A DNA stretch of 64,000 nucleotides, from NCBI RefSeq assembly GCF_035594765.1, contig NW_026943822.1, positions 18,871,769 through 18,935,768 of the forward strand, read 5' to 3'. The notes below the pieces were generated by a model. That model did no database searches and was not told the origin of the DNA. It saw nothing but the letters and a program-made list of their open reading frames with translations. This DNA is from Anolis carolinensis (Eukaryota). The translations under genes were made by a program, and so were the position numbers. Below are positions 28,286 to 40,311 of the stretch, in pieces (positions within the stretch are counted from its first letter, which is position 1; every line of letters begins with the position of its first letter).

Positions 28286-31200
28286 ATGGCGGAAGGAGGC
28301 CAAGTGGAGGCCGCTGTGGTGAGTCGTGCATTTTGTGCCTCAGGCCTCTTTTCTGAGGGAAACTCCATCCTTTGGCCTAAATAAAATGTGCACAGGCTAT
28401 AATTCTGAGGCTATATAATCCCTCCCTCAAATAGAGTCTCACTTATCCAACATTTGCTTACCCAACGTTCTGGATTATCCAATGCATTTTTGTAGTCAAT
28501 GCTTTCAATATATCATGATATTTTGGTGCTAAATTTGTAAATACAGTAATGACTGCATAGAATTATTTTGTATTGAATTACAGTAGAGTCTCACTTACCC
28601 AACACTTGCTTATCCAACATTCTGGATTATCCAACACATTTTTGTAGTCAATGTTTTCAATATATTGTAATATTTTGGTGCTAAATTCGTAAATACAGTA
28701 ATTACTATATAGCATTACTGCGTATTGAACTACTTTTTCTGTCAAATTTGTTGTATAACAATGTTTTGGTGCTTAATTTGTAAAATCATAACCTAATTTG
28801 ATGTTTAATAGGCTTTTCCTTAATCTCTCCTTATTATCCAACATATTCGCTTATCCAACATTCTGCCGGCCCATTTATGTTGGATAAGTGAGACTCTACT
28901 GTACTTTTTCTGTCAAATTTGTTGTATAACATGATGTTTGGGTGCTTAATTTGTAAAATCATAACCTTAAGGCTTTTCCTTAATCCCTCCTTATTATCCA
29001 ACATATTCGCTTATCCAACATACTGCCGGCCCGTTTATGTTGGATAAGTGAGACTCTACTATATTCCTCAAGATTCCAATTGCAGTAATGTTATGTTGTA
29101 ATTACTGTATTTACGAATTTAGCACCAAAATATCATGATATATTGAAAACATTGACTACAAAAATGGCTTGGATAACCCAGAAGCTTGGATAAGTGAGAC
29201 TCTACTGTATATAGAAATGTGAAACTTGAGTCTCGTTTACAGCTCTGCTTCAACAAAAACACCTTGCAATTTTGCAATGGACCTTGTCACGCCACTATTC
29301 TGTTTATTCTTCAATATGAGCCTTTAGTTAAATGTGTTGTCGAAGGCTTTCATGGCCAGAATCACAGGGCTGTTGTGTGTTTTCCGGGCTGTATGGTCAT
29401 GTGCCAGAAGCATTCGCTCCTGACGTTTCGCCCACAACCCCTGAGGATGCCTGCCATGGATGTGGGCGAAACGTCAGGAGAGAATACTTCTGGAACATGG
29501 CCACACAGCCTGGAAAAGACACAACAACCCAGCCTTTAGTTAATTAGTTAATGGTGTTAATTTAAAGTGTGTGTGTGTGTGTTATCATTTTGGGGAGCTG
29601 TGTTTCTTCAATGCCTGCTTTCACACCTAAGCCCAATAACACACCTCTGAAAGACTCTGGTTTTGAAAGCAATGCGTGTTCTTTTTCCCTCCCTTCTCAC
29701 AGGTGATTATGCGCATGCGCAGTCTTTGCAGACACACCTGTCTCTAAGCGCTAAGGCTGGAATGGATACTCCTGGGTCAAGGAAGAGGATGTTACTCATG
29801 CTCAGTTCAAAGCATCCTTTCTCTTCCCATTTTCCCCAGATGTTCTGTTTTGGTTTGCATCCAAATAGATGTCCCCCCATGCTCCTGTTTTATTTCCTTG
29901 GGAAACTGTCCTTAGAGACTACAATTCGAAATCATGGAGATTTGTATTGAGATTTTATATGTATTTTAATCTGTGCAATTTTGTTTTATATGATGTTCTA
30001 TACCAGGCATCGGCAAACTTTGGCCCGCCAGGTGTTTTGGACTTCCACTCCCACAATTCCTGACAGCTACTGGCTGTTAGGAAATGTGGGAGTTAAAGCT
30101 CAAATCACCTGGAGGGCCAAAGTCTGCTTATACCTGTTCTATAATATATGTATATATGTATATACTTCCAGTGCTTCTGGAACATGGCCGTGCAGCCCGG
30201 AAAACTCACAGCAACCCACTATACATTTTATTTGATATTTTGTGACTGTTTTACTTGTATGGTTTGTGAATTGTTTATTATGCTTGTACTGGCATTGAAT
30301 GTTTGCCATATTATTTTGGATGCCGCCCTGAGTCCACTTGGGGAGAGAGGGTGGGTTAAAATATAATAATAATAATGTTGATGTTTTTTTACTGGGATAA
30401 TTGTTTTATTGCTTTGTTACGGTTATTTGTTTGTTTTATCGGGCCAGGCCCCATGTAAGCTGCCTCGAGTCCCTTCGGGGAGATGAGGCGGGGTATAAAA
30501 ATAAAGTTGTTATTATTATTATTATCATTATTATCATCATCATTCTTAGCCAGCACGGCCAAGGGTGGAGGGCACTGGAGACATGGGTTCGAATCCCATG
30601 CAGCCATGACACACACAGGGGCAAGTCACACTCTCTCAGCCTCGGAAGGCCAGTGCAGGTCTCTTCATATGCTTGATTATGTAACTATAGAACATGAATT
30701 TTGTTATGAATGTCATTTCCTAATTGGTTCTATCATAAAAACATGGGAAAAGTTGACAACTATTTGATACTTGTCTCCCCCTTCCACTAACTAGATCTTG
30801 GAGGATTTCTTTATGATGGAGGAGGAACTTGTGGCTGACGAAACGACTGAGGAGGGTGAAATTGATCTTTATGTTAATTTGACGTTCACCTCAGCAGGTA
30901 AAACCAACAAACCAAAGTTTGACTATACAATTATGTCTCCTTCTACTCTATCATATAATCCAGATTATCAAGCAGATAACCCACATTATCTGTTTTGACT
31001 CAGATTATATGAGTCTACCCTGTCATATAATCCAGTGGTGGCACGGTGTGTTAAAGCGCTGAGCTGCTGAACTTGCAGACCAAAAGGTCCCAGGTTCAAA
31101 TCCCGGGAGCGGAATGAGCGCACACTGTTAGCCCCAGCTCCTGCCAACCTAGCAGTTCGAAAACTTGATCAATAGTTACCGCTCCAGCGGGAAGGTAATG

Positions 31201-34200
31201 TTGCTCCATGCAGTCATGCCGGCCACATGACCTTGGAGGTGTCTATGGACAATGCCGGCTCTTCGGCTTAGAAATGGAGATGAGCACCAACCCCAGAGTC
31301 GGACACGACTGGACTTAACGTCAGGGGAAACCTTTACCTTTATTACCCTGTCATATAATCCAGTTAAAGCAGATTTTATATGGTAGTGTAGAAGGGCCTG
31401 TGCGTGAAAACAGCCAATGTGGAATTGTAGCTGTGTAAGAACTACTTGCCGTTGTTGGAATGAATATTGTCTCTGTCTAGATCCTTTGCTTCTTCCACTG
31501 ATCTGGAATGCTATTTCTCTTTCTCCAAAGCTTTTGTAGAAGAAAATGGGGCCAAAGGGCCGTTAACAGATCTAGAGCAAGCTCCTAAGGATGAACCCGA
31601 GGAGGCAATGTTGTCGGCTGCTGGTAAAGAGCAGCCCAGTGTTGTGGAAGAGGAGGAATCCAAAGCTATAGATACAGACCCAATGATAGAAGATAATGTT
31701 GCAGAGCCAATGGTAGAAGATAACATTGCAGATAATGGAAGTTTCCAACCTGAGCCCCAGCCTGCCTGTGATGCCATGGAAGAAGAGGAAGCAGCCGTGG
31801 CTGAAAAGGAAGAGGGCCATACAAATGGAGCAACAGGGGAGCCAAATGATCTGGGAGACCCAGCAGTCATGAAAGCTGTGCGTGGACAATCTGCATTAGA
31901 GGTAATGGAAAGCCCAAGGTCGGTTATGTCCTATGAGTCTTCATAATCAGGCTTGTGTTGCCTCTAATACTGATCCTGTTTTCATGGCCAGGAGCTGGGA
32001 AACAGCTGGGCTTCAGAATGTGATGGCTGTGGGTAATAGTTGGCCACTTTTGTTCACTGTTACAAGTTGCAATACACTCTAACATGGCATCTGTGAAGAA
32101 AAAATATGTCTCCTGTGTCAATATAACATAATATATAATACTAATATTATGCTGTACTAATATATTGTATATACATAAAATATTGATAATAATATTATAA
32201 TGTAATACAATATAATAATACACTATTATCATTGTATATTATATATTACAAATAATATTACTAATATTGCAGAATAGTGGTATAGTACAATATAGTAATA
32301 TATAATGCTTATATTGTGCTATGCTAATAATAATAATCTTCGTGCATCATCCGAAAATACATCACACAGTCCTAAACGCTTGGGAAGTGTTCGACTTGTG
32401 ATTTTGTGATAAGAAATCCAGCATATCTATCTTGTTTGCTGTGTCATACAATGTTGTTGTGTCAATAATAATAATAATGTATGTATATATCACTTGTAAG
32501 CCTAAGCCACCCTGAGTCCCCTTCAGGGTGCAAAGCGCGGGAGATAAATGTTGCAAATAAATAAAATTTGCTATTATTCACCTCAGGCAATTGAGAGGGC
32601 ATCCCTGTCCCGTGCTGATTTAGATTTCCTAGCCTCCCCGGTACAGAAGGCTTTTCTGGATTCCTTGGGCCTAGAACATTCAGTCTTCCATGGAAGAACG
32701 ATCAAGCCCTCTTCTCCACATTTCATGCGGCAGGTAACTCATTGTACCTCAAGCTCTGCCTACGTTTAGTGATACATAGCACTACTTGTTCATTGCTTAT
32801 TTTTCTGGTGAAAAAGATACTGCTTTGATCTACCTACTCTGGAGCAAGAGTTCTAGCCTCAGTCGACCAAAGAGTCCAGCTGCTAATGTATATGGAAGGA
32901 GGTCTGTTAGGCAGCAGAATGTCTTGGGATGTCCAGATGCAGATGTAAACGTTGGTGTGGATGCTTCTATTGCAATTATTTCTTCTATGCCTTAACTTAG
33001 GCATCCTCAAATTCAGGGGTCCTCAAACTTTTTAAGTGGAGGGCCGATTCACAATCGGCCCTTGGGGGGCTGGACTATGATGAAATAGTAAAAAATTAGG
33101 ATTGTTGTTGTGTGCCTTCAAGTCATTTCAGACCTAGATCAACCCTAAGTCTAAAGTTTAGGACAGGGGCCAGGTAAATGACCTTGGAGGGCCACATCTG
33201 GCCCATGGGCCTTAGTTTGGGAACCTCTGATCTAGACAGTCTCATAAGACTATAGGTAAGCAAAGAGACCCCCAAAGGCCATCTAGATGATCTCATAATG
33301 CCATCAGAAGACTATAGATAAGGAAAGGGACCCTCAAAGACCATCTAGATGGTTTCATAAGATCACAGGTAAGGAAAGGGGCCCTCAAAGGCCATCTAGA
33401 CAGTCTCATAGGACCATAGGTAAGGAAAGTGACCTCCAAAAGCCATCTAGATGGTCTCATAAGGCTGTAGCTAAGCAAAGAGACCTCCAAAGACCATCTA
33501 GACTTAGGTCAACCTTAAGTCTAAAGTTTAGGACAGGAGCCAGGTAAATAACCTTGGAGGCCACTTCCGGCCCACAGGCCTTAGTTTGGAGACCCCTGCT
33601 CAAATTTATCCCTCTGTCTGCTTGGGCCTCCAACTCCCAGAACCCCTAGCCAGCTTGTTCAATGGTCAGGGATTCTGGGAGTCAGAGGCCCAAACATCTG
33701 GAGGGCCTCACTTTGAGGATGCCTGCCTTAACTACCTTTCCTGCCTCACAACAGTCTCCTGTGAAACCCGGATCCGTAAGGTCACCCTACTTATTCACAC
33801 CACCCCGCAGAACACGTCGGGCATTTGGTCTCAATCAGGTAATATAATGTATTTGCTTAGATCTGGTGTTTCTCTTCTGTTTCTTTTTTCTCTGGGAAGG
33901 GGGTTCTAGAGCCCGAGGCAAGCTTAAATTGATTAAGCCTTAGAAATCTATACCTTGGTGGGATGGAGGTGTTTGTTATTGGGTTATATTAGACATGGGC
34001 AAACTTGGGCCCTCCAGGTGTTTTGGACTGCAACTCCCACAATTCCTAACAGCCTACCGGCTGTTAGGAATTGTGGGAGTTGCAGTCCAAAACACCTGGA
34101 GGGCCCAAGTTTGCCCATGCCTGTGTTATATCAAATATCATTTTTTCCATCAGAACACACAGTGAGAATTGGTAATTGAAGGGACAGAGTGCCCCCGGGT

Positions 34201-37200
34201 GGCTGGATGGTGTACAGTCACCATAGGTTAAGCAGTCCACATTCAACCAATGGATGATAATTAGGCTAGCCTTTTCATTCTCTCCTTCTCTTTAGAGACC
34301 GGGATATGCCTCTCCACCTCCATTTAGGCCATTTTTCCCAAGTGCCAACAGCCCAACCTGGTCTCTGTCCCACATTCCCGATGTTCCGCCCTTCAGTCCA
34401 TCGATTGGCAGCCAACAGAAATTCAGGTACAGAAGGCATGGGTAGGGTCCGTTTGCTTTGACTGAAGATGTAGCCTGTTGAGAAACTGGGAACGCAGTGT
34501 TAAAATGGCAAAACTCTGGACTGTAGTTTATTGCATAGGATTACAGCAGGGATGTGTATACGTTTTTGGCCAACAATTCTTATCATCCTAGCCAGTGCAC
34601 CTATAATGAGAGATTGTACCAATTTTATTCCAAAAGCATCTAAACAGTCTCCTGGATTAGAGTTTTAGTTATCAATCAACTAATTTGAGGGTGTCATTAT
34701 AGTCTCTTCATGGTTTATTTAGGGATTTCCTATGCCAGTGCCAAATATACAATTGCTGGCAGTACTCTGGAAGCACCCCAAGGCTTCCTCTATAATTCTT
34801 TGTTCTCCTGGTGCACCACCTAGATTTTTCTCGACAATGCTGTTATTCTGCTTCTCCTTTTGCAGAGAATTACTGCATAAAAAGAGCCATGATGTAGATC
34901 TGTTCAAAGGCCCATTTAGTCTAGCACTCTATGAAGGCTTCTCTCGCCTATGTCTTATTAAATACTGTATATACTCGAGTATAAGCTGACCCGAATATAA
35001 GCCGAGGCACCTAATTTTACCACAAAAAAACTGGCAAACATTGACTCCAGCATAAGCCGAGATACCAATAAAATTACATTGAGGCATCAGTAGTTTAAAT
35101 GTTTTTGAATCTTTACATCAAACTGTAATTTAAGATATGACTGTTCAACTCTGATTAGATCATTATTTTCATCTTCTTCAATGTAAATGTGCTTATGTAT
35201 CCTTTTAATAATAATAGAGTGAAATAATAAATGTAATAATAATAAATGCAGTAAAATAATAAATGTAATAATAGAGTAAAATAATAAATGTATTAATAAT
35301 AAAAAGAGTAAAATAATAAATGTAATAATAATTAATAGAGTAAAATAATAAATGTAAGAATGCCAATAATAGGAAAAAAATAAATATACTATATATACTG
35401 TACTTGAGTATAAGCCGACCTGAATATAAGCCCACCTGGACCCTCACCCAAGTATAAGCCAAGGAGGTTTTTTTTCAGTCCTAAAAAAGGGCTGAAAAAC
35501 TAGGCTTATACTTGTGTATATACAGTATATTGTGCTGGTGCGTCCCAAGTGTACAACAACCTCTTTTGCATACTTTTTTCTGTTCTGAAGTTAGACTAAA
35601 TTTTGGCCAACAATGTGGACTAACTAGATGCCTGACTACCTTAAAAAAAAGCAACCCTGGAATGTCTTATATTTGCAAGGTGTACTATGGTGACACATCT
35701 GATACACAGTACCTGCTCCCATATACCCCAATTCCTATGTTATCAAGAATTTCACTGCTTCACCTGTCTCTTGTGTATTCCCAGCTTTCCCAGCGCCATG
35801 ACGCAGTTGCACCCTTTGCACCAGCGGATCTTGACTCAAAGACAAAACAGAGGGCATAAAAGGTAAGTGGAAAGGCAAATGAGAGAGCAAAAATAACTAA
35901 GAGCTCGGTTATGGCTAGGAAAGCCAAATAAGTGGGCTGACCTCCTTATTCCACATTAGTGGTATATGGTAAAACCTTAACTTTATCTTCGGGGTTGAAG
36001 AAATCTATATTGGTAGATCTTGTGAACATTTGATGGTATTGAATTATCATATTATTACTGAGTAAAACCGAGAACACTAAAGGGTCGAGAATTCTAGAAG
36101 GAGGGTATTAAATTCTCCTCAATTGTCTCACCAACTTGCATTAATACACAAATTAGTTACTCTAGTGATGAAATCACTGATTAGCATCTTCTTTTGAAGG
36201 GATTCAGATTGTAGCCAGTCTGAGTATCAACTAGAAAATAATTGAAGACATTCAGTATGTCTCAGCAAGTTACACAAAAATACAGTAGAGTCTCATCCAA
36301 GACTCGCTTATCCAAGGTTCTGGATTATCCAATGCATTTTTGTAGTCAATGTTTTCAATATATCGTGATATTTTGGTGCTAAATTCATAAATACAGTAAT
36401 TACCGCATAACATTACTGCGTATTGTACTACTTTTTCTGTCAAATTTGTTGTATAACATAATGTTTTGGTGTTTAATTTGTAAAATCACAACCTAATTTG
36501 ATGTTTAATAGGCTTTTCCTTTATCCCTCCTTATTATCCAACATATTTGCTTATCCAAGGTTCTGCCGGCCCATTTAGCTTGGATAAGTGAGACTCTACT
36601 GTAATATTAAATATTAATATTAATATTATTTTGAATTTAGCTTGAATAAGTGAGACTCTACTGTAGATATGCGCCCCTCTGTCCCCATTTGTAGCCCTGT
36701 CTTGGACCACTGGAGTTTAGATTTCTTAAGAGGAAGAGCTGGGAATATCCCTTATTCAGTGCTTCCTGCTTTTATCTCAAAGAATGCCATGTAGAGAGCC
36801 TCGGCCTCCAATGAAGGATCCTTATGCGTCACTCATGACTGCAGAGGAAAAGGACTGGGTGATAAAGGTGCAGATGTTGCAACTGCAGAGTGAAAACCCC
36901 CAACGCAATGACTATTATTACCAGGTGGGTACAGGGAGAAGGCAAGGAGTCCTTTGAAGGCCTAGGAAAATTGGGATGCAGACTTCACTATAGCAGGGTG
37001 ATGGTTTGAATCATAGAACTGGAAGAGAGACGCCCAAGGGTCATCCAGTCCAACCCCAATCTGCCATGCAGGAAAAGCACAATCAAAGCTGTTGAAGGCG
37101 GCCTCATAGTAGTGTCAGACTTGGGACATAGGCATGGGACAGTAAGTAGAGCAGTTGTGTTGCCTTTTGCAGTGAGCTCTCCTCTCCTTCCTGCAGGGGT

Positions 37201-40200
37201 ATTATCATAAGCTGGAGCAGAAGCAAGCAGAGAAGGGGCCCTTTGGAGGGTCCAAACCTGAGATCCCCAAGCTTGTGACGCCATATATCCAGAAAGTGGA
37301 GACGTACGAATCTGGTGAGTGTCTTGCAAGATAGAGGTCTTCCTCCAGGATGGAGATGTAGCATCTTGATAACGACTGCTTCTTCTTCCAGTGGTACGGA
37401 TCCCAGGCTCTTTGGGTCAGGTGGCCGTCTCCACATGCTACAGTCCCCGGAGGGCCATTGATGCCGTGCACCATATTTCATTGGAGCAGGTATGTACCAG
37501 TGCTTTTCCCTAGGCTTAATTTCCCAGAAAATAGGGTTATGGCCTGTTTTAAAATACATCCTTTCTGTGATATGTATATAATAAATATTTGGGACTGTTG
37601 TATGGATGGACATACATTAGAGTCTCACTTATCCAACATAAACGGGCCAGCAGAACGTTGGATAAGCAAATATGTTGGATAATAAAGAGGGATTAAGGAA
37701 AAGCCTATTAAACATCAAATTAGGTTATGATTTTACAAATTAAGCACCAAAACATGTTATACAACAAATGTGATAGAAAAAGTAATTCAATATGCAGTGA
37801 TGCTATTTAGTAATTACTGTATTTACGAATTTAGCACCAAAATATCATGAGATATTGAAAACATTGACTACTAAAAGGCAGACTGCGTTGGATAATCCAG
37901 AAAGTTAGATAAACGAATGTTGGATAAGTGAGACTCTACTGTACTAAGATTTTTACTTTTTAGCAGTAGATAATTGAGTTTTAATTCTTACCATATTTCA
38001 TGATAATAAACAACCTGAAACTTCTGTTTAAAGTTTTGCAATCTCTAATGTAATATCGAGCCCCTATAGTGTAGCAGGTTAAACTGCTGAGCTGCTGAAC
38101 TCGCTGACCGAAATGTTGGAGGTTTGAATTCAGGGAGTGAGGTGAGCTTCCGCTGTTAGCCCCAGCTTCTGTCAACCTAGCAGTTTGAAAACATGCAAAT
38201 GTGAGTAGATCAATAGGTACCACTTCAGTGGGAAGGTAACTGTGCTCTATGCAGTCATGCCAGCCACATGACCTAGGAGATGTCTATGGACAATGCCAGC
38301 TCTTCGGCTTAGAAACTGAGATGAGTACCAATCCTTAGAGTCAGACATAACTAGACATAATGTCAGGGAAAACCTTTACTGCCTAGTGTAATATCAGGGA
38401 TGCGTAAAGGGCTTGTGAAATTAATATTTATCTTCCCCTTTATATTTGAAGGCCATAGGGAATCAACGACTTCATGTGCTATATCAGATCGAGAAGGTAA
38501 GTTGAGTGTAGCTGCTTCTTCTCATGGTTGCTTTGTCTAACAAATAGGGCCAGATGTGACCTTTATTTAAAAACACTAATCGACCAATGAAGAGAAGTAT
38601 AGCTTTTTTTGCTGCCTCCATCCTGCAGCATATTGGAGATGGAAGATAACTGGCGAAACTATAAGCGGGAATATATAGAGAGGCAGTATGATTGTACAGC
38701 AAGCCAGTCTTTGACTAACCTTATCTGTGTTGTCATGAAATAGATGTATCTGGAGCTACTGGCTGCAGAGGACATGCAGCAGAAACTGGAACTTGCACCT
38801 GAGGAGCAACGTTCCCATTTCTGTGAGAAACTGGCACATCAGGTGGAGCACATGTATCAGTCTCTGAGGATCGAAGAGCCCAATAGTGAAGAGTGAGTCC
38901 TATGAATATTATGGCAGTGAAGACTTAAAGGAGAGAAGGGCAAGAAGAAGTTGCTGCGGTGGCTTCATACTTGTGTTTCCTTGGCTATCAAAGTTGCTGC
39001 TACAGCAATCTACCCGTGTTCTTACGGAAGAGATACTTGGCTTAATGAAAGTCTGGTAATAGATCCAGGAAGCGCTTATTACAGCGTTGGTGGGAGCTCA
39101 GGGGCCTTGTATTTGCAATACCCAGCAGCCTTATGCAGAATAGCAAATGGGGAGGGAGGTAAATTAGGAGTTACATTCCAGCAACATCTAGAGAGCTCTA
39201 CTATTCTCACACCTTCAGTCTCCTTCTCCATACCTTTGACACCGAGATGTGTGTGGACCAGCTGAGCTTTTCTTTCAGGGAAGCGAAAGACGAGTTCCTG
39301 CAGATTCTGCTTGTGGGGAAAGGGAAGAGGTTGGTAGCCCGTCTGTTGCCGCACTTGTCACAGGAGCAAGCCAAGCGGGTCCTTGTTGCAGTTGCACAGC
39401 ACTTGCCTCTTCTGATAAAGAAGGACGTGCAGGATGAGGTATTTTCATTCATATCTCTCTTTTAACCAACTGCAAAAGACCAAATAGCACCAACAGCCCA
39501 GAATTAGCTTTCTGTAGTAAGTTGACTTTGGGGGTATATACAGAAGCATTAGAGGAGGAAGAAATTAAATTCTTAGTTGGAGAGTAAAATGACCTGTAAT
39601 CTATGTAGATTGGGAAACATTTCCACATTGGTTTAACTTTATTTTTGCAGAAGTTTGGCCATTTATTACCAGTTGTGTAGACCAAGAGTGTGCGGTGCCT
39701 TGAGATTGTACCCATGCCACTTCCCACTCTTCCAGGCCACCTTGATTTTCAAAATCAAAAGAGAATAATACAGGATTAAAATAGATATTGGCACCTGTAG
39801 GCTTCTGGATACTATTGTTATTTTTAGACCACTTTTCCTCATGATATTGGATGGGAGGAGAGGGATGAAATGTAGCGATCTCTCAAGACTGCAGCCACCT
39901 GAACTTGATCGTATTTCTCCCTTCACCATCTCCCATGTGCTGCGGTCTTGGCAGACCCTGCCCATCCTCTACAGCCCGCTCAGAATTGTCATTGAGCACT
40001 TGGCCTTCAGCGAGCTGATTGACATTCTGCAGGATCTGATCAAACTGCATCCGGAACCTGTCAAGCAACCCCTTGCCTTGGTCTTTGGGAACAAGGTATG
40101 TAGGAGGCAGAGATCCAAAGTAGAGGAGATTTTGACTTGTAACTCGGTAGAGAATCCAGATCAGGTTGGAGGTGGGAGGAGAGATGAGAATATGTGACAG

Positions 40201-40269
40201 TAGATATGCGGCCAGAGTGCCAGGAAGATAGTTCCATCTTGTCTCCTGTGCCATAGCAACATGCTATGC

Positions 40270-40311
<42 letters not shown>

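Noticed and set aside
31037-31110. tRNA-like A/B boxes (also at 12180-12250, 40670-40750 and 59575-59650)
   Set aside because: These are SINE heads, not tRNA genes; there is no full cloverleaf
31481-31530. Alternative acceptor for PATL2 exon 3 at 31481
   Set aside because: Gives a TAG in the required phase; 31531 keeps the frame open
34866-34960. Strong acceptor in PATL2 intron 6
   Set aside because: No convincing donor or Pat1 similarity; exons 6 and 7 already join in phase
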